Assembly (NCBI GenBank): GCA_964586155.1
Contig: CAZPHC010000006.1
Coordinates: forward strand, 141,392 to 205,391
Source of the DNA: an uncultured Enterobacteriaceae bacterium
GTDB taxonomy: Bacteria > Myxococcota_A > UBA9042
Direction of reading: 5' to 3'
DNA length: 64,000 nt
Part shown: positions 1 to 13,493 of the stretch, in pieces
Layout: the number at the start of each line of letters is the position of its first letter
Numbering within the stretch: the first letter of the stretch is position 1
The notes under the pieces: model-generated
Seen by the model: the letters and a program-made list of their open reading frames with translations, nothing else
Told to the model about the DNA's origin: nothing
Database searches by the model: none
Position numbers and translations under genes: made by a program

Positions 1-548
1 CCGAAGCTGGTGACGACGTTGCGGAAGACCTCGCGCGCGGCGTCGTTGTCCTTGGCGATGATGTGCGCGGTCGCGAGCTGGACCAGCACGTCGAGGTAGG
101 AGCGGCGCAAGGCCTCGTCGGCGCCGGGGGCTGCGATCGAGGCGCGGTACTTCGATTCGGCCGCCTGCAGAGCCTTGATCGCGTTCGCGGCGTCGGCCTT
201 GTCGAGGTACTCGATGCCCTTCTTGCGCGCCTCGTCCAGAGACGCGCGGCGCTCGGGCGTCAGCGCGCCAGCGACCTGCTGACGGTCGGTGCCGAGGCGC
301 TGCACGACCTTCTCGGTCGGCACGAGGATGTAGTCGCCCTTGTCCAACTCGCCGAAGGTCTTGGCGACCTCGCGGATGTAGTCGGTCGTCAGGCTGTTGG
401 CGTCCGGACCCTGGCGCAGCTCGATGACCGCGACGGTCCGTTCGACGTCGCCGTCCGCGGCGAACGCAGGCGTCGTGACGAGAACGACCTGCAACAACGC
501 CAAGCACGACGCGAGGATGGCAGAAGGTCGAGGAAAGGCACGGTCCAT
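1..548 (-). CDS. Secreted hypothetical protein, partial; C-terminus lies beyond the window start
   Basis: Minus-strand reading from ATG (complement cat at about 546-548) gives MDRAFPRPSAILASCLALLQVVLVTTPAFAADGD..., a classical signal peptide followed by non-Arg-rich, well-balanced protein sequence. It is absent from the ORF track only because no stop falls inside the window. Function unknown. Confidence 0.55.
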   Translation of the reverse strand, partial: MDRAFPRPSAILASCLALLQVVLVTTPAFAADGDVERTVAVIELRQGPDANSLTTDYIREVAKTFGELDKGDYILVPTEKVVQRLGTDRQQVAGALTPERRASLDEARKKGIEYLDKADAANAIKALQAAESKYRASIAAPGADEALRRSYLDVLVQLATAHIIAKDNDAAREVFRNVVTSF

Positions 549-997
549 AGCGACCCCAGCAGGAAAGAAGAGGAGGAGGCGTCGTCGGCGGGGACGACCC
601 TTGAGTCGAGCGCTGCGGCCCCGCAGCGCGTTCGCCCGCTCGTGGCGTGCGTTGACCGCCGCGATTGTAGAACGGGTCTCGCCCTGTCCGCAAGCGAACG
701 CCCGGTCGCCGGGTGCGGCCCAGCGTCGACGCGGCATCGGTGTCGTTGCAACGGCGCGCCAGGCCCGGCCCGTGTGCCGGCTGCGCGCAGAGGTGCCGAC
801 ACGGTCGTGTCGACGACCCGGAGCAGCGCGTGGGACCGTCTCGCGACCGTCTCAAGACCGTCCCAGGGGCGCCGTCCCGGCGCGGGCTGTGCAGCGAGAA
901 GGGCGACAATCCGGGCCGAACGCACCTGGCACGGGCCCTGCAACGGGGGAAGGCGCGGCGTGCGATCCAGCACGCCTGCTCCCAGGAGGTGTCCCAG

Positions 998-1954
998 ATG
1001 CGTCCCGTCCAACCGTCGCGCCCCGCCTTCCCCCCCACGCTGCGCCGCGCCGCGCCGAGCAGGTCCATCGTGCGAGCGGCATGCTCCGCGCTGCTCGTGT
1101 CGAGCATCGTCGTGGGCGTGCCGCTGGCCCTCGGCGCGTCGGCGCCGGCGTCGCAGCCCCAGGCGCAGGCCACATCCCCGACGGACCCGCCGCGTGCGCC
1201 ACGGCTGGTGATCAGCGAGGTGATGACCGACCCCCTGCTGCTCGACGACGTCGCGGGCGAGTATGTCGAGCTCATCAACCTCGGCCCGACCGCCGTCCAG
1301 GCAACTGAGCTGGAGCTCGAGCTGCCCTCGGGCAAGCGTGCCGTGCCGCTGGTCGCTGCCGAGAGCGTCCTCGCGCCGTGCGGTGTGCTCGTGCTGGCGC
1401 CGCAGCCCGGGCCGAACGCCCTGATGGTCAAGGCGATGCGCCTGCCGAACCGGGCCGGTCGGCTGGTCGTGCGCTGGCGCGGGCAGGTGGTCGACGTCGC
1501 GCAGTGGACGGGCCGATGGCCGTGGCCCAAGCATCGCGCTGGCCACGCGATCGAGCGGCGTTCGCCGGACGCCGACGGCACCCGCGGTGGCAGCTGGGCC
1601 CACGCCCGCGCTGCGCTGCGCGGGGTCGAGCGCGGCAGCCCCGGCGTGGTCGCTTGGGGCTGTCGGGGCGCCGAAGGCGCCACGGCGTCGGCGGCGGCCC
1701 GGAGCCGCTCGACTCCGCGCGGCCCGGAGGCCCCGCTCCAGGTCGCCCGACGCGATCAATCCGGCGGCGAGAAGCCGCGCGCGCGCAGCCGTGCCCGCAT
1801 CTCCGGGCCGCGCAGGGCCTCGATCCAGCGTCGTGCCCACTCCGAATGGCGGCTATGGGAGGCGATGGCGACCCTGGTCTCGGCCACGACGTCGAACGCC
1901 GCCGGCACCGCGATCACGCGCAACGATGGCAGCGCGATCGCGTCGCTCCGGTAG
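998..1954 (+). CDS. Lamin-tail-domain (LTD) secreted protein; 3' end uncertain (overlaps modA)
   Basis: Internal ATG (M96 of ORF 713..1954) preceded by AGGAGG. Product MRPVQPSRPAF... carries a signal-like hydrophobic stretch, then LVISEVMTDP..GEYVELINLG...GQVVDVAQW, matching the LTD fold. The C-terminal about 100 aa turn Arg-rich and overlap modA by about 200 bp, so the true stop or frame is doubtful. Confidence 0.5.
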   Translation: MRPVQPSRPAFPPTLRRAAPSRSIVRAACSALLVSSIVVGVPLALGASAPASQPQAQATSPTDPPRAPRLVISEVMTDPLLLDDVAGEYVELINLGPTAVQATELELELPSGKRAVPLVAAESVLAPCGVLVLAPQPGPNALMVKAMRLPNRAGRLVVRWRGQVVDVAQWTGRWPWPKHRAGHAIERRSPDADGTRGGSWAHARAALRGVERGSPGVVAWGCRGAEGATASAAARSRSTPRGPEAPLQVARRDQSGGEKPRARSRARISGPRRASIQRRAHSEWRLWEAMATLVSATTSNAAGTAITRNDGSAIASLR

Positions 1955-2580
1955 ACGATCGCTGCGTCGGCCTCGCCCAGCTCGACCTTGGCGCGGACCA
2001 ACCGCACGTTGCTCTCCTCTGACGCCACGTTGGCGCGGACGCGGTCGGCAAAGTCCGCACCGAGTCCGCGGGCCGCGCGCTCGAGCAGGATGCGCGTGTA
2101 GGCGCCGATCGGGACATTGGCTTCGCCGATGACCAGGCGCTTGGCCCGCGCCAGGTCGGCGAACGTCGTGATCCCGGCCGGGTTGGCTGCCGGGACGATG
2201 ACCACGAGGCCATTGCGGGCGATGAGGCTCGGCGCGCCGACCAGACCTGCGCGCTCCAGGGCGGCCATCTGCGCCGCGTCGGCCGAGGCGAAGACGTCGA
2301 CCTCGGCCCCTTGCTCGATGTGCGTGCGCAGGACCTGGCTGCCGGCGAAGCTGCAGACGACGTCCACCTGCGGATGCGCCGCCTCGAACGCTGCCTCGGC
2401 GTCGGTGAAGGCCTCGCGCATCGACGCGGCGGCAAACACCCGGAGCTGGGTGCGTCGGGGCGCGTCGGCGTCCCTGCCGCAACTCGCCAGGGTTGCGAGC
2501 GCCGCCAGCAGGACGAGCCGGCGCCGGCGAACGGGGCCTGCACGGCGCGAGGCGGGGGATGAGAGGGCGGCGAGCGGCAC
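1756..2580 (-). CDS. modA: Molybdate ABC transporter substrate-binding lipoprotein ModA (orphan, no modBC nearby)
   Basis: 274 aa. Signal peptide with lipobox LASC. Family-typical blocks throughout (RVFAAASMREAF..VCSFAGSQVL...GEANVPIGAYTRILLE). Confidence 0.85.
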   Translation of the reverse strand: MPLAALSSPASRRAGPVRRRRLVLLAALATLASCGRDADAPRRTQLRVFAAASMREAFTDAEAAFEAAHPQVDVVCSFAGSQVLRTHIEQGAEVDVFASADAAQMAALERAGLVGAPSLIARNGLVVIVPAANPAGITTFADLARAKRLVIGEANVPIGAYTRILLERAARGLGADFADRVRANVASEESNVRLVRAKVELGEADAAIVYRSDAIALPSLRVIAVPAAFDVVAETRVAIASHSRHSEWARRWIEALRGPEMRARLRARGFSPPD

Positions 2581-2797
2581 GGCGGGTCCTCGGTTGGCGC
2601 CCAGGGCGCGCGCGTCAGGGTGGGGCGTCCCGATGCGGCCATCAAGCGCAGCCGCAGCGAAAGGCGTCGTGCGCCGCCGGGCTCGCGTGCTGCGGGTCGA
2701 TCCGGGCGCATTTTGACGCTAGCTTGTGGTCGGATGGGCGCGGGGCGGCGGCGAGTGGGTTCGTCGGCCGCGCGCGCCCCAGGATGCGGAGAAGACC

Positions 2798-3118
2798 ATG
2801 ACGACGATGACTGCGCTGCAGCGCTTGCCGGGCGCATTGGCGGCCCTGGGGTTGGTCGCGGCGATCTGTGCCAGTGGTTGCGGCGCGTCCCAGCAGCAGG
2901 CTGCGGCGACGGCGAACGCCGAGCCCCTGCCCGAGAGCGCGACGTGCCCGGTGATGAAGAACACGTTCAAGCCCGACGCGTCGACCACGCGCACCACCTA
3001 CAAGGGCAAGACGTACTACTTCTGCTGCCCTGGCTGCGACAAGAAGTTCGCCGCCGACCCCGAGTCCTACCTCGGTGGCGACGAGGCGCCGGCCGCAGAG
3101 GGCGCCGCAACGCCGTGA
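2798..3118 (+). CDS. YHS-domain metal-binding lipoprotein
   Basis: ATG (M25 of ORF 2726..3118) preceded by GGAGAAG. MTTMTALQRLPGALAALGLVAAICASGC lipoprotein signal, then CPVMKNTF...YKGKTYYFCCPGCDKKFAADPESYL, a canonical YHS/TRASH motif. Confidence 0.7.
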   Translation: MTTMTALQRLPGALAALGLVAAICASGCGASQQQAAATANAEPLPESATCPVMKNTFKPDASTTRTTYKGKTYYFCCPGCDKKFAADPESYLGGDEAPAAEGAATP

Positions 3119-3155
3119 ATCTGCACCCTTGCTGCGCGCGCCCGCGCCCCCTGGC

Positions 3156-3184
3156 TTGACGCGCCACCGATGGCTGCCTAGCGT
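3156..3184 (+). promoter_or_regulatory. Sigma70-like promoter, TTGACG-17nt-TAGCGT, placed so the transcript would start at or next to the GTG at 3192 (possible leaderless mRNA)
   Basis: Read directly: ttgacg cgccaccgatggctgcc tagcgt gggagcc GTG. Only 7 nt separate the -10 element from the candidate start codon. It sits in the 73-bp gap after the YHS gene. Confidence 0.35.
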
Positions 3185-3191
3185 GGGAGCC

Positions 3192-3677
3192 GTGAGGACC
3201 CCACTGCCATCGCTGTCACGCAAGCTCATGGCCCTGGCCACGTTGCTGCCGTTGTTGGTCGCCATCTCGGGCGTCGACGCGCTCTGCATCTGTGGCGGCT
3301 GCCCGCGCAGCGACGCATTGCTCGGGGCCACCGATCCGGCCGACGAGCATGACGGCGACGTGAGCCCGTGTTGCAAGCGCGCGGCCGCAGCTGCGCGCGC
3401 CGAAGCAGCCGCTCTCGCCGATGGGGATCGCGGCCAGGGCCGCCCTGGCGTCGACGGCCGCGACTGCTGTGACGACCACGGCATCTCGCTTGCGCCCGCC
3501 ACGAGCGGTGCAGACCCCACCTCGGTCGATCGCGGCGCCTGGCTCGCTGTCGATCTCGTCGTCGCGCCGACGCCAGGGGTCGCCGCCGCCCGCCCGCTGC
3601 TCGCGTTCGCGGCTGCGCGCGGCCCTCCCTGGCCCGCCACTTCGACCTACCGAAGCACCTCTCGTATCCGCATTTGA
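3192..3677 (+). CDS. Small secreted Cys/His/Asp-rich protein (putative periplasmic metal-binding); alternative start ATG 3228
   Basis: GTG start gives MRTPLPSLSRKLMALATLLPLLVAISGVDA, a signal peptide with charged n-region and AXA site. Mature part has CICGGC, CC and CC motifs plus His and Asp. Immediately upstream of the efflux OMF gene. No family assignment possible by eye. Confidence 0.4.
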   Translation: MRTPLPSLSRKLMALATLLPLLVAISGVDALCICGGCPRSDALLGATDPADEHDGDVSPCCKRAAAAARAEAAALADGDRGQGRPGVDGRDCCDDHGISLAPATSGADPTSVDRGAWLAVDLVVAPTPGVAAARPLLAFAAARGPPWPATSTYRSTSRIRI

Positions 3678-3818
3678 TCCCGCCGTGTCGCGGTCGCCTG
3701 CTCTTGGCGACCTGGCGCGGCGGCCGCTGGTGATGCGGACCGTCGCTGGATCCGGGCGCGATTGCGCTCGACGCCGACGCGCGGGCCTTCCGTCGCGTCG
3801 TCCGACGGAGATACGCAG

Positions 3819-5117
3819 ATGCGACGATGGACCCAAACGCTGGCCCTGCTGGCCGGACTTGGATGCCTGGGCGGACCCCTTGCCGTCCGGGCCGAAGAGC
3901 CGCCAGCTCGGGGCTACGATCTCGCGGCCTTGCTCGATCGTGCCGCCACCGCCAACCCCGAGGTCGCCGCCGGCCGCGCGCGCTGGGCGGCGATGCACAG
4001 CCAGGCCGCGGTGGTCGGACGGCCACCCGAACCCGTCGTCAGCGGTGGCGTCTTCGTGCGGCCGGTCGAGACCCGTGTCGGCCCCCAGCGCGGTCGGCTC
4101 GGCGTCATGGTGCCGGTTCCGTGGCCGACCAAGCTCGAGGCACGCGCCAGTGCGATGCGCGCGGAGGCCACCGTCGCCGAGCGCCGCATCGACGCCAGGC
4201 TGGCGATGCTGCGCGCGCAGATCCGTCGGCCATGGGCGCGTCGCGCCGCGCTCGTCGCCATGGCGGCGATCCTCGACGAGCAGCGCGCGTTGCTCGGCCG
4301 GCTCGAGCCGAGCCTGCGCACGCGCCTGAGCGTCGGCAAGGCCACCTTCGCCGACGCCCAGCGCTTGCGGCTCGCGATCGAGACCTTGGCCGAGCAGGCT
4401 GCAGCTGCGCGGGATGAGGTCGCCGCCGCCGACGCCCAGCTGCGCGCCTTGGCCAACCTCGACCCCAGCGCCGCGCTGGCCGACGCCGCGTTCGAGCCGG
4501 ATCCGCTCGCTGGCCGCGCCTTGCCGACGCTGGTGTCGCTGCAGCCTGCGCTGCAGACCCAACCCGACGTGCAGGTCGCCGAGGCGATGATCGCCGCCGC
4601 CCGGGCCGCCAAGGCCGCCGCGCAGACGCGATCGCGGCCTGACTTCGCCGTCGCCCTGGACTGGATCCTGGTCGGCGACGCGCGCATGTCGGGGGTCGCC
4701 GACAGCGGCAACGACGCGCTGCTGCTCGGCGCGAGCGTCACCCTGCCCATGTGGCGCCGCGGCTACGACGCCGAGACCGATGCCGCTTCCGCCCGCGAGC
4801 GCGAGGCGGCCGCGATGCGCGAGGGTGTCGTGCGCCAGGCCGAGGCCCGTGCAGCCGAGCTGCTCGTCGCGTTGCGCGATGCGCGGCGCAAGCACGAGCT
4901 CTACACGGCCTCGCTGATCCCGTTGGCGACCTCGGCGTTGCAGACGGTCGTCCAGGCCTACGCCAGCGGCGGCGCCGATTTCCAATCCGTCATTGAGCTG
5001 CAGCGGCAGCTGCTTGGCTACCAGATCGCGCTGATCGCGGCGGAGCGCCGCAGGGTCGAGGCCCAGGCCGACCTCGAAGCACTCGTCGCCCGGCCGATCG
5101 TCGAGGTGTCCCCATGA
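3819..5117 (+). CDS. Outer-membrane efflux factor (TolC family, CusC/CzcC-like)
   Basis: ATG (M20 of ORF 3762..5117) with ACGGAG RBS. Signal peptide MRRWTQTLALLAGLGCLGG. Ala/Leu/Arg-rich coiled-coil composition typical of OMF proteins. 4-nt ATGA overlap with the downstream MFP. Confidence 0.8.
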   Translation: MRRWTQTLALLAGLGCLGGPLAVRAEEPPARGYDLAALLDRAATANPEVAAGRARWAAMHSQAAVVGRPPEPVVSGGVFVRPVETRVGPQRGRLGVMVPVPWPTKLEARASAMRAEATVAERRIDARLAMLRAQIRRPWARRAALVAMAAILDEQRALLGRLEPSLRTRLSVGKATFADAQRLRLAIETLAEQAAAARDEVAAADAQLRALANLDPSAALADAAFEPDPLAGRALPTLVSLQPALQTQPDVQVAEAMIAAARAAKAAAQTRSRPDFAVALDWILVGDARMSGVADSGNDALLLGASVTLPMWRRGYDAETDAASAREREAAAMREGVVRQAEARAAELLVALRDARRKHELYTASLIPLATSALQTVVQAYASGGADFQSVIELQRQLLGYQIALIAAERRRVEAQADLEALVARPIVEVSP

Positions 5118-6759
5118 ACGCGACCCCAACCTGGCTCCAACGACTCCTCTCGCCAGCGCTTTCCGCCGGGATCATGCTCATCGTCGGCCTGTGGTTCGGC
5201 GTCTGGATCGCGGAACCACCGGCCGCGGGCGCCACGGGCGGCCAGGCGATGGTCGCTCCGGCCGCGCCGCCGGCCACCTCCGGCCATGACCATGGCGCTG
5301 CGGCGCCGCCGGCAGCGCCTGCGCCGAGCAGCGCCGCCACGCCGCCGGCGGCCACGATCTGGACCTGCTCGATGGATCCGCAGATCCGGCTGCCGAACCC
5401 CGGATCGTGCCCGATCTGCGGCATGGACTTGATCCCCAGCGGCAACAAGGGCGGCTCGGCCGCCGCGCCGCAGGTGGTGCTGAGCGCGGCGGCGCGCGCG
5501 CTGGCCCGGATCGAAACCGAGGAGGTCGTGCGGCGGGCCGTGACCGTGCCGGTGCGGATGGTCGGCAAGGTCAGCTTCGACGAGACCCGCGTCGCGCGCA
5601 TCACGGCGTGGTTCGGCGGCCGCATCGAGCGCGTGTTCGTCGACTTCACCGGCACCCAGGTCCGCACGGGCGACCATCTGCTCTCGCTCTACAGCCCGGA
5701 GCTGCTGGTCGCGCAGCAGGAGCTGATCCAGGCCGCGCGCGACGCCCGCCACGCCGGGGCCGGCGATCTCGGCGAGATCGCGCGGGCGACCTACCAGGCG
5801 GCCCGCGATCGCCTGCGTCTGTGGGGGCTGCTCGACTGGCAGGTCCGCCAGATCGAGCGCCGGGGCCGGCCAATCGAGCACGTCACCATCTTCGCGCCGA
5901 TGGGCGGCATCGTGTTGCACAAGAACGCGCTGGAGGGCGGTTGGGTCCAGACCGGCACGCCACTCTACACCATCGCGGACCTGCGCCACGTCTGGGTCGA
6001 GCTGGACGCCTACGAGAGCGATATCGGATGGTTGCGATTTGGACAGCGCATCGAGTTCGAGGCGGCCGCCTTCCCGGGCGTGCGCTTCGACGGCACGATC
6101 GCCTTCGTCAGCCCGACGATGGACGCGATGACCCGCACCGTGAAGGTCCGCGTCGACGTCGCCAACCCCGACCTCAAGCTCAAGCCCGAGATGTTCGTCC
6201 GGGCGCAGGTCAACGTCGTCGTCGGCGGCGAGGGTCAGCCCACCGGGCCGGAGCTTGCCGGCAAGTTCGTCTGCCCGATGCATCCGACCGAGGTCAGCGA
6301 CAAGGCGGGCTCCTCCTGCACGGTCTGCGGCATGAAGCTCGTGCCGGCCAGCGAGCATTGGCTGGTCGGGCCGGCGCTGGCCCCTGGCTCCGGGGGGGAC
6401 GCGCCGCTCGTGATCCCCCATACCGCGCCACTCTTCACCGGCAAGCGCACCGTCGTGTTCGTCGAGCAGCAGCAGGCGCCACCCGCCGGCGACGAACCAG
6501 CCGCCGATCACGTCTACCTCGTCCGCGAGGTCCGTCTCGGCGCCCGCGCGGGCGACGTCTACATCGTGCAGTCGGGCCTGATGGCGGGCGAGCGCGTGGT
6601 CAAGCGCGGCGCCTTCCGCCTCGACTCGTCGATGCAGATCGTCGGCGATCCCTCGGTGATGAACCCAGGGCCGGCCACCAGCGACGACCCCGTCGCCGCC
6701 GACCCGCCCGCGGCCGCGAGCCCGAGCGCGCCGCTGCCGTCCGCTGCAGGGGGCCAGCG

Positions 6760-6763
<4 letters not shown>
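5114..6763 (+). CDS. cusB: Efflux RND periplasmic adaptor (CusB-like) with two heavy-metal-binding domains
   Basis: 549 aa. N-terminal HMBD WTCSMDPQIRLPNPGSCPICGMDL and a second copy FVCPMHPTEVSDKAGSCTVCGMKL. Central beta-barrel and lipoyl-like MFP blocks. Start overlaps the OMF stop and its stop overlaps the RND start (ATGA). Confidence 0.85.
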
Positions 6764-10425
<3,662 letters not shown>

Positions 10426-10458
10426 CATGGGGCGACCGCGACGCGATCGCGGAGGAGG

Positions 10459-10893
10459 ATGCACATGACCCCGATGAAACTGCTCGCTCTCGCCCTCACC
10501 GCCGCGCTCGGCGTGGGCGTCACCGCCTGTGCCAAGAAGGAAGCGACCGCCGAGGCGGCAGCCGAGCCCAAGGCCGCGGAAGCCCCTGGCGCGATGCCGG
10601 CGGCCCCAGCGGCCGAGAAGGCCCCCGAGGCTGCCGGCAAGGTCCAGGTCTCTGCGGCCGGCACCAACTTCGACCCGCCGGTGCAGAAGGCCCAGATCCC
10701 CGATGGCGCCTACTACTGCGACATGGGTACCGTCCACTTCGCCCGCATGGACAAGGGCGACGAGACCTGCCCGCGCTGCAAGATGAAGCTGCACCTGATG
10801 GGCGGCGCCGCGCCCAAGGCCGAAGGCGGCGAGGCACCTGCGCCGACCGGCCACGAGGGCCACGACCACGGCGGCGAGCAGCCCCCGAACTGA
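10459..10893 (+). CDS. HMBD-type heavy-metal-binding lipoprotein (alternative start 10465)
   Basis: GGAGGAGG RBS. MHMTPMKLLALALTAALGVGVTAC lipobox. YYCDMGTVHFARMDKGDETCPRCKMKL resembles the HMBD of CusB-like adaptors. His-rich tail HEGHDHGGE. Lies directly downstream of the RND pump. Confidence 0.65.
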   Translation: MHMTPMKLLALALTAALGVGVTACAKKEATAEAAAEPKAAEAPGAMPAAPAAEKAPEAAGKVQVSAAGTNFDPPVQKAQIPDGAYYCDMGTVHFARMDKGDETCPRCKMKLHLMGGAAPKAEGGEAPAPTGHEGHDHGGEQPPN

Positions 10894-11043
10894 TCTGGTG
10901 ACGCGTCGCTCCCTGGGCGCCGCCGGCCGTTGCCGGGTCGGTGGTGCCCAGGGGGGCGTGCGGCGCACGGACACACCCGGACGTCGCGGGCGTCTGCGCC
11001 TTCGCTTCGGTCTGCCTCGTGCGGGCGTGATGGTCTTTGGGGG

Positions 11044-11120
<77 letters not shown>

Positions 11121-11150
11121 AACGGGGCGGCCAACCAACGCGGCCGGCCC

Positions 11151-11178
11151 CAGAACGTACAGGCGCCAGGAGCGCCTG
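11151..11178 (-). terminator. Hairpin CAGGCGC-ucc-ug-GCGCCUG followed by UACGUUCU, between rpsI and tRNA-Met (weak intrinsic-terminator or attenuator-like)
   Basis: Inverted repeat read directly 5 nt after the rpsI stop. The U tract is poor, so function is uncertain. Confidence 0.25.
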
Positions 11179-11183
11179 CGCGA

Positions 11184-11609
11184 TCAACGCTTGCTGAACT
11201 GGAAGCGGGCACGCGCCGAGCGCTGGCCGTACTTCTTGCGCTCCTTGGCGCGCGGGTCACGCGTGAGCATGCCGGCCGACTTGAGCGCGCCGCGCATCTC
11301 GGCGTCGAGCACCGTCAGGGCGCGGGCGATGCCGTGGCGAACCGCACCGGCCTGGCCGGCGACGCCGCCGCCGCGGACGGTGGCCTTGACGTCGAGGCTG
11401 TCGACGCGGCCGACGATCTCGAGCGGCTGCTTGACGAGCATCGTCAGGAACGGACGGTGCAGGTAGTCGTTGGCCTCACGCCCGTTGATCGAGAGCTTGC
11501 CGCTGCCCTCACTGACCCAGACGCGCGCAGCGGCGGTCTTGCGACGGCCGGTGGCGTAGAAGCGGCGGCTGCGGCCTTGGTTCTCGTTGACTCGACGGGT
11601 GGTCGCCAT
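11184..11609 (-). CDS. rpsI: 30S ribosomal protein S9
   Basis: 141 aa. GRRKTAAARV...YLHRPFL...GGGVAGQAGAVRHGIARAL...RDPRAKERKKYGQRSARARFQFSKR is canonical S9. Confidence 0.95.
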   Translation of the reverse strand: MATTRRVNENQGRSRRFYATGRRKTAAARVWVSEGSGKLSINGREANDYLHRPFLTMLVKQPLEIVGRVDSLDVKATVRGGGVAGQAGAVRHGIARALTVLDAEMRGALKSAGMLTRDPRAKERKKYGQRSARARFQFSKR

Positions 11610-11697
11610 GTGATGTCCTCATGCGGTTCCGCCCCATCGCTCGGAGGCGGACCTTGTCCTGGAGAGCCGCCCGCAGCTGCCGGCGGCGACGCCTCGA

Positions 11698-12144
11698 TCA
11701 GCCGATCGAGTAGGGCGTCGGGTTCTGGGCCTGATGCGGGTGCTCGGCACCGGCGTAGACCTTGAGCTTGCCCAGCACTTCGCGACCGAGCGGGCCCTTG
11801 GGCAGCATGCCCCAGACCGCGCGACGGATCGCGTCCTCGCTCTTGTGGCCGAAGTAGATGCGGGCCTTGGTCGAGCGCAGACCACCCGGGTAGTTGGAGT
11901 GGTCGTGGTAGACCTTCTGCTCCATCTTCTGACCCGTCAGCACGGCCTTGCTCGCGTTGATCACGACCACGAAGTCACCGGTGTCGGTGTGGGGCGTGAA
12001 CGTCGGGCGGTGGCGACCGCGCAGCAGGTTCGCGATCTGCACGGCGGCGCGGCCCACCACCTGACCTTCGAGGTCGATGACGTGCCACTGGCGGGTGATG
12101 TCCTCACCGCGGATGCTGGGGGTCGACTTGGTCGTCTGGCTCAT
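11698..12144 (-). CDS. rplM: 50S ribosomal protein L13
   Basis: Start at M30 of ORF 11698..12231, with GAGGAAACC RBS. MSQTTKSTPSIRGEDITRQWHVIDLEGQVVGRAAVQIANLLRGRHRPTFTPHTDTGDFVVVINA is canonical L13. Length about 148 aa. Confidence 0.9.
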   Translation of the reverse strand: MSQTTKSTPSIRGEDITRQWHVIDLEGQVVGRAAVQIANLLRGRHRPTFTPHTDTGDFVVVINASKAVLTGQKMEQKVYHDHSNYPGGLRSTKARIYFGHKSEDAIRRAVWGMLPKGPLGREVLGKLKVYAGAEHPHQAQNPTPYSIG

Positions 12145-12323
12145 CTTGGTTTCCTCAGGGAACGTCGTATCGGTCCAGGTGTTGGACGCTGCGACCGTGC
12201 GGGCGGGCCGCACCGGGCGCGGGGCGCGCATTCAGGCAGGATCTGCGGCAACTGTCAAGGTGATCGTGCAGCAGACCCCTTGTCACGGCATGGAGCGGGT
12301 CCCGGCGGACAGCCGATCCCGGC

Positions 12324-13493
12324 CTAGAGGCCGAGCTCCCGCTTGAGGGCGTCCTTCATGTCGGTCCGCTCCCAGGTGAAGTTCGGCTCCTCACGGCCAA
12401 AGTGGCCACCGCTCGCCGTCTGGCGGTAGATCGGGCGCAGCAGGTCGAGGTGCTCGATGATCCGGCGCGGCCGGAAGTCGAAGAGTTGGCGCACGGCGCG
12501 CTCGATCGCGTCGGGGTTGACGCGCTCGGTGCCGTAGGTGTCGACCTTGATGCTGGTCGGCTCGGCGACGCCGATGGCGTAGCTCACCTGCAGCTCGACC
12601 TCGTCGGCGGCGCCTGCCGCGACGATGTTCTTGGCGACGTAGCGGGCGAAGTAGGCGGCCGAGCGGTCCACCTTCGACGGGTCCTTGCCCGAGAAGGCAC
12701 CACCGCCGTGCCGGCCCCAGCCACCGTAGGTGTCGACGATGATCTTGCGGCCGGTGAGGCCGCAGTCGCCGTGGGGGCCGCCGACGACGAACTTGCCGGT
12801 CGGGTTGATGAAGTAGCGCGTGTCGCCGTGCAGCAGCTCGGCCGGCACGATCGGCTTGATCACGTGCTCGATGATCGCCGAGCGCAGATCGTCGTGGCTG
12901 ATCGTGTCGTAGTGCATGGTGCTGACGACGATCGCCTCGGCGGCGACCGCGCGACCCTCGTCGTAGCGGATGCTGACCTGGGTCTTGCCGTCGGGGCGCA
13001 GCCAGGGGAGCGTGCCGTCACGGCGGACGTCCTCGAGCCGGCGGCTGAGGCGGTGCGCCAGCGAGGCGGGCAGGGGCATCAGCTCCGGCGTCTGGTTGCA
13101 GGCGAGGCCGAACATCAGGCCCTGGTCGCCGGCTCCTTGCTCCTTCTGGGCGCTGGTGTGCTCGTCGACGCCGAGCGCGATGTCGGCGCTCTGCTTGTCG
13201 ATCGAGGTCAGCACCGCGCAGCTCTGCGAGTCGAAGCGATCCTGCGGGTCGTTGTAGCCGATGTCGGCGATCGTGCGCCGGATGACGTCCGGCATGTCGA
13301 CGTAGCAGCTGGTGGTGATCTCGCCAGCCACCATCGTCAGGCCGGTGGTGACCATCGTCTCGCAGGCGACGCGCGCCTTGGGGTCTTCCGTCAAGATCGC
13401 GTCGAGGATCGCGTCGGACACCTGGTCGGCGACCTTGTCGGGGTGGCCGCAGGTGACGGACTCGGACGTGAAGGTGAAGTTGCGCAGCGCCAT
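12324..13493 (-). CDS. metK: S-adenosylmethionine synthetase
   Basis: 389 aa from ATG (complement cat about 13491-13493, frame-checked) with [61 protein letters not shown] is an unmistakable MetK. The upstream 600 aa of ORF 12324..15335 is read-through antisense to the neighbouring gene. Confidence 0.95.
   Translation of the reverse strand: MALRNFTFTSESVTCGHPDKVADQVSDAILDAILTEDPKARVACETMVTTGLTMVAGEITTSCYVDMPDVIRRTIADIGYNDPQDRFDSQSCAVLTSIDKQSADIALGVDEHTSAQKEQGAGDQGLMFGLACNQTPELMPLPASLAHRLSRRLEDVRRDGTLPWLRPDGKTQVSIRYDEGRAVAAEAIVVSTMHYDTISHDDLRSAIIEHVIKPIVPAELLHGDTRYFINPTGKFVVGGPHGDCGLTGRKIIVDTYGGWGRHGGGAFSGKDPSKVDRSAAYFARYVAKNIVAAGAADEVELQVSYAIGVAEPTSIKVDTYGTERVNPDAIERAVRQLFDFRPRRIIEHLDLLRPIYRQTASGGHFGREEPNFTWERTDMKDALKRELGL

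Noticed and set aside
63-1840. Overlapping ORFs 63..1211 (+) and 389..1840 (-)
   Set aside because: Arg/Pro-rich translations. They overlap the convincing minus-strand secreted protein (1-548) and the LTD gene and have no RBS support.
3216-5129. 637-aa minus-strand ORF antisense to the OMF gene
   Set aside because: Arg/Gly-rich antisense artefact. The plus-strand OMF is coupled to cusB and cusA.
10894-11043. Intergenic region next to tRNA-Met inspected for integrase or att repeats (mobile element insertion at tRNA)
   Set aside because: No integrase, excisionase or repeat of the tRNA 3' end seen anywhere nearby. Flanking genes are housekeeping.
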